Under the pieces are notes generated by a model. It did no database searches. It worked only from the letters and a program-made list of their open reading frames with translations, and was not told where the DNA came from. The translations under genes and the position numbers were made by a program. Source: Bacteroidales bacterium (GTDB lineage: Bacteria; Bacteroidota; Bacteroidia; Bacteroidales; UBA1402). From it: 64,000 nt of DNA. Where the stretch lies: positions 12,212-76,211 of the forward strand of contig JAQVXI010000002.1 of NCBI GenBank assembly GCA_028709215.1. Direction: 5' to 3'. Position 1 is the stretch's first letter, and each line of letters opens with the position of its first letter. Of this stretch, positions 1-9,611 are shown in pieces.

Positions 1-1
1 G

Positions 2-1060
2 TTGATGATTGGCTTTGGTCGCCGATTTGCCACGTATAAACGTGCTCATTTGTTGTTTACCGATTTGGAACGTTTGTCCCGTATTGTTAATAACTCCTTA
101 TTTCCGGTTCAGTTTGTATTTACAGGAAAGGCGCATCCGGCTGACGGTGGCGGTCAGGGTTTGATCAAGCGCATTGTGGAAATATCCAAAATGCCCGAAT
201 TTCAGGGCAAGATTATTTTCCTTGAAAATTACGATATGGCCTTGGCTAAACGTTTGATTTCGGGGGTGGATATTTGGTTGAATACGCCGACACGTCCGTT
301 GGAGGCCTCGGGTACGAGTGGTCAAAAAGCGGAAATGAACGGTGTGCTGAATTTTTCCGTATTGGACGGTTGGTGGCTGGAAGGGTACGTCAAAGGTGCC
401 GGTTGGGCACTGACCGACCGCAAGACGTATGATGAGCAGAATTATCAGGATCAATTGGATGCTGCGACGATTTACGGAATGCTCGAAAACGAGATTATTC
501 CTTTGTATTACGCCAAAAATAGCAAAGGTTACTCTCCTGAGTGGGTGCTGTTTATGAAGAATTCCATCGCAAAAATTGCGCCCCGTTTTACGACCAAGCG
601 CATGTTGGACGATTACATTTCGAAGTTCTATAAGAAATTGGCCAAACGCGCAGCTTACGTACAAGCGGATCAATTCAAAAAAGCAAAAGAGCTGGCTGAC
701 TGGAAGGATCGGATGACAGAATTGTGGGATTCGATCGAGGTCAGACAAAAAGTAGTCCCCGATCAATTGTTTCACAACCCAAGTGTAGGCCAAAAGTACA
801 CCTTTGGTGTGGTCCTGGGCAACTTGGGCAAGGAAACCGGTATTGGCGTCGAGATGGTGTTTAAGTTTATGAAGCCGGACGGAAGCAGTTACATCAAAGC
901 GGTTGAGTTGGATGTGGTGCGATCAGAAAACGGAGAACAGGAATATCGTCTGGAATATAAATTGAAAAAGGCGGGAGCCTTCACATATAGTTTTCGGATG
1001 TTCCCGAAAAACGTGGATCTGCCTCACCGCCAGGATTTGTGCTATGTGCGTTGGATTTAA
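2..1060 (+). CDS. glgP: Alpha-glucan (glycogen) phosphorylase, C-terminal part; 5' truncated by window edge
   Basis: GFGRRFATYKRAHL, FTGKAHPAD, WLNTPTRPLEASGTSGQK (PLP-Lys motif), LNFSVLDGWW. Confidence 0.95.
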   Translation: MMIGFGRRFATYKRAHLLFTDLERLSRIVNNSLFPVQFVFTGKAHPADGGGQGLIKRIVEISKMPEFQGKIIFLENYDMALAKRLISGVDIWLNTPTRPLEASGTSGQKAEMNGVLNFSVLDGWWLEGYVKGAGWALTDRKTYDEQNYQDQLDAATIYGMLENEIIPLYYAKNSKGYSPEWVLFMKNSIAKIAPRFTTKRMLDDYISKFYKKLAKRAAYVQADQFKKAKELADWKDRMTELWDSIEVRQKVVPDQLFHNPSVGQKYTFGVVLGNLGKETGIGVEMVFKFMKPDGSSYIKAVELDVVRSENGEQEYRLEYKLKKAGAFTYSFRMFPKNVDLPHRQDLCYVRWI

Positions 1061-1923
1061 TTTCCGATTGCCGTTTGTTTAAGCCAGTCCAGTAGGTAGG
1101 ATTTCCAAACTTCGTGGTACTGGAACTTGGATTGAAAACCCCATCCGTGTCCGCCTTTCGGGAAAATTAGTACCGAAGCGGGCACGTTTTTTGCTTTTAG
1201 CGCTTGATAAAAACGAATGCTGTTTTCCGGAACGACGGCTTTGTCGTCGTCGCTTAAGAGGAGTAACGTTGGAGGCGTTTCGGTGGTGACGCGTGTTTCG
1301 TTCGAGTAATATTGTATACTATCCGGATGGGAAAAGGCCTTTCCCAGCAAGTTCTGCTTGGATCCTTTGTGTGTGATGGCATCATCCATGCTGATGACCG
1401 GATAAAACAGGAGCATAAAGTCGGGCTTTTCTGCCTTTGGCAAGTGTGTACCTGTGGTAGAGGCCAGGTGTCCGCCGGCGGAGAAGCCGGCGATGCCCAG
1501 TCGGTTGGCTTTAAAGCCGTATTGCTCTGCATTGCTACGCAATAATTGCAGCGCGCGTCTGGCATCTTTCAAAGGAATAAAGGCGTGACCGTTTGGCAAA
1601 CGGTATTTCAACACAATGGCAGTGATGCCTTCTGATGTCAGCCAATTCGCAACATCAATGCCTTCGTGTCCGGCTGCATGACGAATGTATCCACCACCGG
1701 GACAAATTAAGACGGCAATGCCGGTGTTCTTGTCCGGGTTGGCCCGGAAAATGGTCATGTCCGGTACGGAAATGTTTTGGATGCGGTTTCCTTCGCTGAC
1801 GGTTTCGGGTTCGACGATTCCATTTGTTTCAGGTACACCCTCCGGCCATAAGCGGATTGTTTCCTGTGCATGCATGGCAAGTAGTCCCAGCAAGCATAAA
1901 GACGTAATAGCTATTTTTTTCAT
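1057..1923 (-). CDS. Secreted alpha/beta-hydrolase (carbohydrate esterase-like)
   Basis: Signal peptide ...LLAMHA|Q; CPGGGY oxyanion motif, GFSAGG nucleophile elbow, DD..V and GGHG catalytic Asp/His. Confidence 0.88.
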   Translation of the reverse strand: MKKIAITSLCLLGLLAMHAQETIRLWPEGVPETNGIVEPETVSEGNRIQNISVPDMTIFRANPDKNTGIAVLICPGGGYIRHAAGHEGIDVANWLTSEGITAIVLKYRLPNGHAFIPLKDARRALQLLRSNAEQYGFKANRLGIAGFSAGGHLASTTGTHLPKAEKPDFMLLFYPVISMDDAITHKGSKQNLLGKAFSHPDSIQYYSNETRVTTETPPTLLLLSDDDKAVVPENSIRFYQALKAKNVPASVLIFPKGGHGWGFQSKFQYHEVWKSYLLDWLKQTAIGN

Positions 1924-1942
1924 GGTTGTATGGTTTAATACA

Positions 1943-1950
1943 CAAAGGTA
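1943..1950 (-). promoter_or_regulatory. Bacteroidota -7 promoter box (TACCTTTG) for the esterase
   Basis: Exact TAnnTTTG match 20 nt upstream of the ATG. Confidence 0.65.
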
Positions 1951-2010
1951 GTTTTTAAAAATATGTTGTGAAACATGTATTCACGATTTTGTACTGCTTG
2001 CTTGCTCTGC

Positions 2011-2018
2011 TATCTTTG
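2011..2018 (+). promoter_or_regulatory. -7 promoter box (TATCTTTG) for fucI
   Basis: Exact TAnnTTTG; places the true start at ATG 2086 rather than 1975. Confidence 0.65.
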
Positions 2019-2085
2019 TAGGGTATTCAGCACAGTTCAGCACAGTTGTCTTGTGTGGATGCATAAACAAGTAGAATCAATCAAC

Positions 2086-3858
2086 ATGAATTCATATCCA
2101 AAAGTGGGCATACGCCCCACCATCGACGGACGACAGGGAGGTGTACGTGAGTCTCTGGAAGATCAAACGATGAACATGGCCAAAAGCGCTGCCACATTAA
2201 TTTCTTCGAGTTTACGCTACCCGGACGGAAGTCCCGTGCAGTGTGTTATCGCAGATACAACCATTGGTCGTGTTCCCGAAGCGGCTGCCTGTGCTGAAAA
2301 GTTTGAACGGGAAGGCGTTGGATTGACGTTGACTGTTACACCGTGTTGGTGTTACGGTACGGAAACCATGGACATGCATCCTACGCATCCCAAGGCTGTG
2401 TGGGGATTTAACGGCAGCGAACGACCCGGAGCTGTTTATTTGGCTGCGGTTTTGGCCGGACACAACCAAAAAGGTTTGCCTGCATTTGGCATTTATGGTC
2501 ACGATTTACAGGATGCCGATGATACTAGCATCCCCAAGGATGTTGAAGCCAAGATTTTGCGTTTTGTTAAGTCGGGTTTGGCGGTGGCCATGATGCGTGG
2601 AAAATCGTATTTGGGCATCGGAGGTCAGTGTATGGGGATTGCCGGGTCGGTGGTTGATCACGATTTTTTTCAAGAATACTTGGGTATACGGGTCGAAGGT
2701 GTGGATGAGGTAGAAATACTTCGCCGCATGGAACGAGGTATTTTTGATCCGGAAGAATATGCAAAGGCAATGCGTTGGACCGAAACCCATTGCAAAGTGC
2801 AGGAAGGTACCGATTTCAATTCAGCGGCGTTGGCTGAGACGCGTGAAGTGAAAGATCGCGGATGGGAGTTTGTCGTTAAGATGACGCTGATCATTCGGGA
2901 TCTGATGGTGGGCAATCCCAAGTTGATTGAAGCCGGATTTAAAGAAGAAGCCTTGGGACACAACGCCATTGTAGCAGGTTTTCAGGGACAACGTCAATGG
3001 ACCGATTTTTTACCCAACGGTGATTTTTCGGAGGCCTTGCTTTGTTCCTCCTTTGATTGGAACGGACTGCGTGAGGCCTATGTGTTGGCGACCGAAAATG
3101 ATGCACTCAATGGTGTATCCATGTTGTTTGGCCATTTGTTGACTCATACCGCCTCAATTTTTTCGGATGTACGTTCGTATTGGAGCCCGGAAGCGGTCAA
3201 ACGCGTTACGGGTAAGGAGTTGACCGGAACAGCATCCGGTGGCATCATTCATTTGATCAACTCCGGTGCAACCTGTTTGGATGCGACGGGCGCGCAGACC
3301 GATGCACAGGGCAATCCTGTCATGAAGCCGTTTTGGGAGATTTCCGAAGCGGAGGTCGAACGCTGTTTGCAGGCGACTACCTGGTACCCGGCGAATAAAG
3401 AATATTTCAGAGGAGGTGGTTTTTCGTCGAACTTCCTATCCAAGGGTGGTATGCCCGTGACAATGCTACGTCTGAACCGAGTAAAAGGCTTGGGTCCTGT
3501 TTTGCAGATTGCTGAGGGCTGGACGGTCGATTTGGACGCAGACGTGCATCGATTATTGAATGAACGTACCGATAAAACCTGGCCAACGACTTGGTTTGTG
3601 CCCAGATTGTGTGATAAGCCAGCTTTTAAAGATGTGTACAGTGTGATGAATAACTGGGGGGCCAATCACGGTGCCATTAGTTTCGGACACATTGGAGCCG
3701 ATCTACTGACGCTGGCATCCATGCTTCGCATTCCGGTTTGCATGCACAATGTGGATGAGAAGGAGGTCTTTAGGCCTTCCGCATGGTCTGCATTTGGTAT
3801 GGATTTGGAAGGATCCGACTATAGAGCCTGTCAGGCCTATGGTCCCTTATATAAATAG
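2086..3858 (+). CDS. fucI: L-fucose isomerase
   Basis: 590 aa from ATG 2086; [52 protein letters not shown]. Confidence 0.97.
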   Translation: MNSYPKVGIRPTIDGRQGGVRESLEDQTMNMAKSAATLISSSLRYPDGSPVQCVIADTTIGRVPEAAACAEKFEREGVGLTLTVTPCWCYGTETMDMHPTHPKAVWGFNGSERPGAVYLAAVLAGHNQKGLPAFGIYGHDLQDADDTSIPKDVEAKILRFVKSGLAVAMMRGKSYLGIGGQCMGIAGSVVDHDFFQEYLGIRVEGVDEVEILRRMERGIFDPEEYAKAMRWTETHCKVQEGTDFNSAALAETREVKDRGWEFVVKMTLIIRDLMVGNPKLIEAGFKEEALGHNAIVAGFQGQRQWTDFLPNGDFSEALLCSSFDWNGLREAYVLATENDALNGVSMLFGHLLTHTASIFSDVRSYWSPEAVKRVTGKELTGTASGGIIHLINSGATCLDATGAQTDAQGNPVMKPFWEISEAEVERCLQATTWYPANKEYFRGGGFSSNFLSKGGMPVTMLRLNRVKGLGPVLQIAEGWTVDLDADVHRLLNERTDKTWPTTWFVPRLCDKPAFKDVYSVMNNWGANHGAISFGHIGADLLTLASMLRIPVCMHNVDEKEVFRPSAWSAFGMDLEGSDYRACQAYGPLYK

Positions 3859-3885
3859 TTGTTTAAGGTAGGGATTTGATCCCGG

Positions 3886-3931
3886 TACCACATCCGGATG
3901 CAGCGGCATCTTTGGATGTGGTATTTTTTTT
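3886..3931 (+). terminator. Intrinsic terminator after fucI
   Basis: TACCACATCC...GGATGTGGTA stem enclosing GATGC-agcg-GCATC, followed by a T run. Confidence 0.8.
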
Positions 3932-4001
3932 GAAAAAAAAGTATACGAAATGCATCAAATAAGAATAAAAACGTATATTTGGGCATAAATCGTTTGCTTG
4001 A

Positions 4002-4571
4002 ATGAAGAAGAAACAAGTCGATATTGTGACTGCTGCACAACAGCTATTTTGGAAACACGGTTTTAAACGGGTTTCTGTAGAGGAAATTTGTCGAACGGCC
4101 CAGGTGAGTAAACGGACATTTTATGCCTATTATTCCGGTAAGCCTGAATTGGCTAAAGCCGTTTTGGATCGGATTTTTGATACGGCGATAAAAGATACGA
4201 TGCTGAAGTTGAATCAAATAACTTCTTCCGAGGAATTGTTTTCCTGGTTGTTGGAATCAAAAAAAGAAGGTGTACGTCACATCAGTCGTGAGTTTATACA
4301 GGATTTTTACGGGGATGAATCCTCGGATTTGAAACAGCATGTTGAAGAGAAGACGCGTATGGCGTGGGAGACGATGCTGCATTCGTTTCAAGTGTTACAG
4401 GAAAAAGGGTTTATTCGCTCCGATTTAAATCTGCGTTTTTTTCTGCTGGTTGCGCATACGTTTATTGATTTGGTACACGATGCACGATTGTTGGATCTAT
4501 TTGAGAATCCCGAGGATTTAATTGTGGAAATGTCACGATTGACGGCATTCGGCATTGCCCCAAGAATATGA
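4002..4571 (+). CDS. TetR/AcrR family transcriptional regulator
   Basis: IVTAAQQLFWKHGFKRVSVEEICRTAQVSKRTFYAYY HTH; -7 box TATATTTG at 3974-3981. Confidence 0.93.
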   Translation: MKKKQVDIVTAAQQLFWKHGFKRVSVEEICRTAQVSKRTFYAYYSGKPELAKAVLDRIFDTAIKDTMLKLNQITSSEELFSWLLESKKEGVRHISREFIQDFYGDESSDLKQHVEEKTRMAWETMLHSFQVLQEKGFIRSDLNLRFFLLVAHTFIDLVHDARLLDLFENPEDLIVEMSRLTAFGIAPRI

Positions 4572-5668
4572 AACGAACGTGGATCATAGGGCTGTTTTTA
4601 TTTTGTCTGTGTATGCAGACAAATGCTCAACTGGAGTGGAGAGGTCAGGCTTCAACTTGGGGCCTGTTGCATCCCGAATCCGTGCCATATGTAGGCGTTG
4701 GTTTGCGTTATATTCCGGAATTGAGTTTTCAAAAGGATGTCGGTAACGGATGGCAGTTGGACGCAGAAGCGGCTTTGCATGCGCATGCTTTTTGGATGGA
4801 TCATGGGGAGCTGGAAGGGATACTAAAACCCTATCGTTTGTGGTTGAGAGCAACCAACGCACAATGGGAACTGAGAGCAGGCCTGCAAAAAATCAATTTT
4901 GGTTCGGCACAGTTGTTTCGACCGTTGATGTGGTTTGATCAGGTTGACCCGGTAGATCCCCTTCAGTTGACCGATGGTGTTTGGGCGATGATGGGACGTT
5001 ACGTGTGGTTGAACAACGCCAATGTTTGGTTGTGGGCTTTGCCGGGTGGACAGGATAAGCGCTTGTGGGACCTTGAAGCGAGTCGTTCGGATGTACCCGA
5101 ATTGGGTGGTCGCCTGCAGTTGCCGTTGCGTAGAGGAGAGATGGCTGCAAGCATTCATCGTCGCGTCTTGAAGGGTACAGAGGAACGTCTCCGGACCTCT
5201 GAAACACGTGTGGGTTTGGATGGACGACTGGATTTGGGACTGGGTTTGTGGTACGAAGCGACCTGGATGGGTGTAAGCCGGAATGTGGGTCTGCGTACGC
5301 AACAGATTGCTGCAACCGTGGGTGCGGATTATACCTTACCGATGGGTAACGGCTTGGGCCTGATGGCAGAACAGCTGTTCTATACTTATGGAACGCATTT
5401 GAATGCGCTGGAGTCTCCGATGACGTTGACGGCTTTGTCGGTTAGTTATCCGGTAGATATTCAGCGAGATGCACGTGCAATGGTTTATTACGAGCCTCGT
5501 CATTCGTCTGTGTTTGGTTTTTTGATGTGGGGTAGGACGTGGGATGCCTTGCGTTTGCATGCCTTGTTGTATAGCAATCCTTCTTTGTTGCAACTTCCTG
5601 TATTGCAATCGAGCACGTCGTATTTTGCAGGATCCGGTATACAAGTAACATTGATTTGGAATCATTAA
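4568..5668 (+). CDS. Putative outer-membrane beta-barrel protein of unknown function
   Basis: Signal peptide ...MQTNA|Q, alternating amphipathic strands, aromatic-rich C-terminal strand IQVTLIWNH; ATGA-coupled to TetR. Confidence 0.7.
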   Translation: MKRTWIIGLFLFCLCMQTNAQLEWRGQASTWGLLHPESVPYVGVGLRYIPELSFQKDVGNGWQLDAEAALHAHAFWMDHGELEGILKPYRLWLRATNAQWELRAGLQKINFGSAQLFRPLMWFDQVDPVDPLQLTDGVWAMMGRYVWLNNANVWLWALPGGQDKRLWDLEASRSDVPELGGRLQLPLRRGEMAASIHRRVLKGTEERLRTSETRVGLDGRLDLGLGLWYEATWMGVSRNVGLRTQQIAATVGADYTLPMGNGLGLMAEQLFYTYGTHLNALESPMTLTALSVSYPVDIQRDARAMVYYEPRHSSVFGFLMWGRTWDALRLHALLYSNPSLLQLPVLQSSTSYFAGSGIQVTLIWNH

Positions 5669-5677
5669 TCTAAGACT

Positions 5678-6370
5678 ATGGAACAGTCGTATTTGATTGA
5701 CTTAAAGCAGGTGGTAAAGCGTTTCCCGATGGGGAAAGGCAGTTTTACGGCATTAAAAGGGCTTGATTTACAGTTTGAAGCAGGAGAATTTGCGGGATTG
5801 ATTGGGCCGAGCGGCTCGGGGAAAACCACGCTGCTCAACATCATTGGTACACTGGATCTTCCCAGTGAAGGTGGTGGGACGGTTTTGGGACATCCCATTG
5901 AACATTTGAAAGCCTCCGAAGCTGCCTTGTTGCGCAAAGAGCGCATCGGTTTTATTTTTCAGAGCTATAATTTGTTGCAGGTGCATACGGTCTTCGAGAA
6001 CGTGGAGTTTCCCTTACTTTTGCTTGGGATGCCTTCGGAGGAACGACGGAAAAAAGTGATGGAAGCTTTGGATTGGGTTGGCCTTGCCGATCGGCACCGC
6101 AGCAGGCCGTCTCAACTTTCCGGTGGCGAATGTCAGCGCGTTGCCATTGCGCGAGCCATGGTAAAACAGCCTTCTTTGGTTTTGGCAGACGAACCCACGG
6201 CCAATTTGGATGCGGCCAATTCACATCATGTACTCAAGACGATGCAGCAATTGAACGAAGCGTTTCAAACGACGTTTTTATTTGCAACACACGATGAAAA
6301 AGTGATTTCGTATCTCAAGCGAAAAATCTATTTGATGGATGGGCAATTGGTTAAAGACGAACGGGTATGA
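5678..6370 (+). CDS. ABC transporter ATP-binding protein, LolD/MacB-type
   Basis: Walker A GPSGSGKTT, signature LSGGECQRVAIARA, Walker B LADEPTANLD, H-loop ATHD. Confidence 0.95.
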   Translation: MEQSYLIDLKQVVKRFPMGKGSFTALKGLDLQFEAGEFAGLIGPSGSGKTTLLNIIGTLDLPSEGGGTVLGHPIEHLKASEAALLRKERIGFIFQSYNLLQVHTVFENVEFPLLLLGMPSEERRKKVMEALDWVGLADRHRSRPSQLSGGECQRVAIARAMVKQPSLVLADEPTANLDAANSHHVLKTMQQLNEAFQTTFLFATHDEKVISYLKRKIYLMDGQLVKDERV

Positions 6371-7530
6371 AACTGGCATGGTTGTTGGCTTGGCGAAATT
6401 TGATGGGAGCGGGTTTGCGCACCTTTCTCAACGTTTTGGTGCTTTCGTTCGCCTTCGTTATGATTTTATGGATGGAAGGTGTGATGGTGGGTTGGGATCA
6501 ACAATCCAAGGAAGATATGCGTGCATGGTCCATCGGAGCAGGGCAGTATTGGCATCCGGCATACGATGCGTATGATGTACTTAGTTTGACGGATGCGCAT
6601 GCCGTAATTCCGAAGGAAACCGTACGAAGTGGACTGGTTCCTGTTTTGGCCACTCAAGCGAGTTTGTTTCCTCAGGGGCGCATGATGCCCGTTCGTTTGA
6701 ATGGAATCCCTTCGCAGCAATCCTTGTTGAAGTTACCGACGGCGGCGTTGGATACGACGATGGATGCGATACCGGCCCTGATGGGTACAAGTATGGCCTC
6801 CAAAGTTCATTTGAATCGAGGCGATCGGGTGCTCGTGCAATGGAGAGACCGAAATGGCACGTTTGATGCGATGGAAATTGAGTTGGTGGATGTCTTTCAA
6901 ACCACGGTTCCTGCTGTGGATGCCGGTCAGGTATGGATTGATTTGTCCGTCTTGCAGGAGTTGATGATGCTGCCCAATGAGGCAACTTGGCTTACGATGG
7001 GTGAAGCAACGGTCGATTCGGAACGAATGGCACCGTTTGTTTGGAAACCCTTTTCGGAGTTGACTCGGGATATCGATGCGATGATTGAAACAAAATCATC
7101 CGGGCAGGCAGTGTTTTATGTGGTTTTGCTTTTGCTGGCTATGTTGGCCATTTTTGATACGCAGGTCTTGTCTATTTTCAGGCGTCAGAAGGAGATTGGA
7201 ACGTATGTGGCTTTGGGCTACACCCGTAGAGAAGTGGTTTGGTTGTTTACGGTCGAGGGAAGCATGCATGCTGTGCTGGCTGCCTTGTTGGCTGCAGTTT
7301 ACGGCATCCCGCTGTTGTGGTGGCAATCGGTGGTGGGGTTTACCATTCCCATGGATACCGAAGGTTTTGGAATGGCCATTGCCCCGACGCTGTATCCGGT
7401 ATATAGTTTGGGCCTGGTCGTCACCACGTTTGTACTCGTTTTGATCACTACCGGTTTGGTCAGTTATTGGCCATCGAGACGCATTGCTAAAATGAATCCA
7501 ACGGACGCTTTAAGAGGGAAAATACAATGA
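6367..7530 (+). CDS. ABC permease, FtsX/LolC-E type
   Basis: LAWRNL N-terminus, 1 TM + periplasmic domain + 3 TM, RRQKEIGTYVALG, ends RIAKMNPTDALRG. Confidence 0.9.
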   Translation: MKLAWLLAWRNLMGAGLRTFLNVLVLSFAFVMILWMEGVMVGWDQQSKEDMRAWSIGAGQYWHPAYDAYDVLSLTDAHAVIPKETVRSGLVPVLATQASLFPQGRMMPVRLNGIPSQQSLLKLPTAALDTTMDAIPALMGTSMASKVHLNRGDRVLVQWRDRNGTFDAMEIELVDVFQTTVPAVDAGQVWIDLSVLQELMMLPNEATWLTMGEATVDSERMAPFVWKPFSELTRDIDAMIETKSSGQAVFYVVLLLLAMLAIFDTQVLSIFRRQKEIGTYVALGYTRREVVWLFTVEGSMHAVLAALLAAVYGIPLLWWQSVVGFTIPMDTEGFGMAIAPTLYPVYSLGLVVTTFVLVLITTGLVSYWPSRRIAKMNPTDALRGKIQ

Positions 7531-8804
7531 TACGTTTTTTGGGAAAAGGCTTACTCAGGGATGCCGGACGGAGTCGGATGCCTGTAATGGTGGTTGCCAT
7601 CGGCGTTGCACTGAGTGTGTTTATGCATGCGTATGTGCATGGTCTGATGCAGGATTCTATTGAGATGAATGCACGCATGCGATATGGGCATGTGAAGGTC
7701 TGTACTCGTTCGTTTGCAGAAAATGCAGCACAAATGCCGGCCGATCTGTCATTGCTTGATGTGCGTGCATTGAAGCAGCAGTTGACGGCACACCATCCCA
7801 ACCTACAATGGTCGGATCGCATACAGTTTGCCGGTTTGATGGATGTTCCGGGCATGATGGGGGAAACACGTGCTCAAGGACCGGTGATCGGGATGGCAGT
7901 CGATTTTTTTTCAACGCATTCTGTGGAAGGGGAGCGCCTGAACGTTCAAGCGGCATTGACTGAAGGGCGTTTGCCGCAGCAGGCGGGAGAAATGCTGTTG
8001 AGTGCTGATTTTTCGGAAAAACTGGGTGTACAGATCGGTGATACGCTGATGTTTATGGGGTCTACGCAGTTTGGTGGCTTGGCCTATGCCAATTTTGTTT
8101 TGATCGGTTGCGTCGATTTTGGAGTGGAGGTGCTGGATCGGGGGATGATGTTGGCGGATCTCTCGGATGTTCGTATTGCGATGGATATGGAGGATGCGGC
8201 AACAGAGATTGTGGGATTTTTTGAAGGTGGTCAGTACAACGATGCTGCGGCACGAAGGATGCAGGAGTCCTTTGCCGCTGACTTTGAGGTTGTGGCAGGG
8301 GATCCGTATGCGCCGGTGTTGTTGCGTTTGAAGGATCAGGATGATATGGGACAATTGATCGATATTTCGGGTGCCATGGGTTTGCTGATTACATTCATTT
8401 TTTTATTGGCCATGTCGTTGGTGCTTTGGAATGCCGGATTGTTGGGAGGGATTCGTCGATACGGCGAGTTTGGTTTGCGTTTGGCCATGGGAGAGACCAA
8501 AGGACATGTCTATCGTAGTCTTCAAGTGGAATCACTCTTGATTGGTTTGCTTGGCTCGCTGATCGGGACCGTCTTGGGTTTGCTTTTTGCGTGGTGGATG
8601 CAGGAGAAGGGCTTGAACTTGGGGGATAGCATGCAAAATGCTTCGATGATGCTGCCGACGGTGATTCGAGCACGCATTACACCGGTCGATTTTTACATTG
8701 GTTTTATTCCTGGAGTCTTTGCTACGTTGATTGGTTCCTTGCTTTCGGGTTTGGGGATTTTTAAACGAAATACGGCTCAGTTATTCAAAGAACTAGAAAC
8801 ATAA
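7527..8804 (+). CDS. Second ABC permease, FtsX/LolC-E type
   Basis: Same topology; RRYGEFGLRLAMG motif; ATGA overlap with previous gene. Confidence 0.9.
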   Translation: MIRFLGKGLLRDAGRSRMPVMVVAIGVALSVFMHAYVHGLMQDSIEMNARMRYGHVKVCTRSFAENAAQMPADLSLLDVRALKQQLTAHHPNLQWSDRIQFAGLMDVPGMMGETRAQGPVIGMAVDFFSTHSVEGERLNVQAALTEGRLPQQAGEMLLSADFSEKLGVQIGDTLMFMGSTQFGGLAYANFVLIGCVDFGVEVLDRGMMLADLSDVRIAMDMEDAATEIVGFFEGGQYNDAAARRMQESFAADFEVVAGDPYAPVLLRLKDQDDMGQLIDISGAMGLLITFIFLLAMSLVLWNAGLLGGIRRYGEFGLRLAMGETKGHVYRSLQVESLLIGLLGSLIGTVLGLLFAWWMQEKGLNLGDSMQNASMMLPTVIRARITPVDFYIGFIPGVFATLIGSLLSGLGIFKRNTAQLFKELET

Positions 8805-8808
8805 GTAT

Positions 8809-9543
8809 ATGAAACGAGTGCGATTATTTTTGGGAATTTTTTTGATCGGTCTTGCGGTGATGGCTCAGGATGCCAACGAAATACTCAAGCGGGTGGATGC
8901 CAATTTGAGTTCGGACAATCGAAAAATTGTATCCGCTTTGACCATACAAGGCAAGCGAAGTACGCGAAGGATCGAGTCCCTGTCGTATGTTGTAGGCCGT
9001 GAGCAGTCCTTTACAGAATATTTGGCTCCGGCGCGTGAAAAGGGAACAAAAATGCTGAAGATGGGGCAAAAGTTATGGTTGTACACGCCGGCTACCGATC
9101 GAATTGTCCTGATTTCCGGACACATGCTGCGTCAATCAGTGATGGGTTCTGATTTGTCGTATGAAGATATGATGGATGACCGAAGCCTGTCTCAGGTCTA
9201 TACTGCAACCATGACTGGGACGGAATCCTTGGGTGATCGCCTGTGTTATGTGCTTGATTTGCAGGCGTCCGTTCTGGATTTGGCCTACGAACGTCAGCGC
9301 CTTTGGGTGGATGCGGAGTGGATGGTGCCGCTGCAACAGGAAATGTATGCCAAGCGCGGTGTTTTGTTGAAACGCATCCGTATGGATGATGTGCAGCGTG
9401 TGGGTGGACGCTGGTTCCCGATGCGTATGCTGTATAAAGATATGCTTAAAGACGGAGAGGGAACCTTGTTTGAGGTGGAGTCTGTCAATTTTAACATAGA
9501 AATCCCCGAACATGTGTTTAGTAAGGCCTCTTTGAGACGTTGA
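8809..9543 (+). CDS. LolA-like periplasmic protein (outer membrane lipoprotein-sorting protein family)
   Basis: Signal peptide ...LAVMA|QD; APAREKGTKML, LISGHMLRQSVMGSDLSYEDM, closing PEHVFSKASLRR. Confidence 0.85.
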   Translation: MKRVRLFLGIFLIGLAVMAQDANEILKRVDANLSSDNRKIVSALTIQGKRSTRRIESLSYVVGREQSFTEYLAPAREKGTKMLKMGQKLWLYTPATDRIVLISGHMLRQSVMGSDLSYEDMMDDRSLSQVYTATMTGTESLGDRLCYVLDLQASVLDLAYERQRLWVDAEWMVPLQQEMYAKRGVLLKRIRMDDVQRVGGRWFPMRMLYKDMLKDGEGTLFEVESVNFNIEIPEHVFSKASLRR

Positions 9544-9611
9544 ATGTCTTGATTTTAATTATCTTTGTCGCCGTTATCGAGTGCATTAACACAAACCTTA
9601 TCACATTTTTC

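Noticed and set aside
98-793. 231-aa - strand ORF opposite glgP
   Set aside because: Antisense shadow of a conserved gene; no family features
1975-2085. N-terminal extensions in the ORF track (fucI 1975, fucP 9540, MFS 12824, nitroreductase 25243, TPR 36298, btuC 47625, gldD 50287, mutY 52034, nadC 60100 and others)
   Set aside because: They overlap promoters or neighbouring genes and add non-homologous sequence; downstream starts give family-typical N-termini
5678-8804. MacAB-TolC macrolide efflux call for the ABC genes
   Set aside because: No MacA adaptor or TolC in the unit, ATPase not fused to a permease, and a LolA-like partner is present
4002-9543. Lol-like cassette as a mobile element inserted in the fuc locus
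   Set aside because: No terminal repeats, target duplication or recombinase seen; insertion remains possible but unsupported
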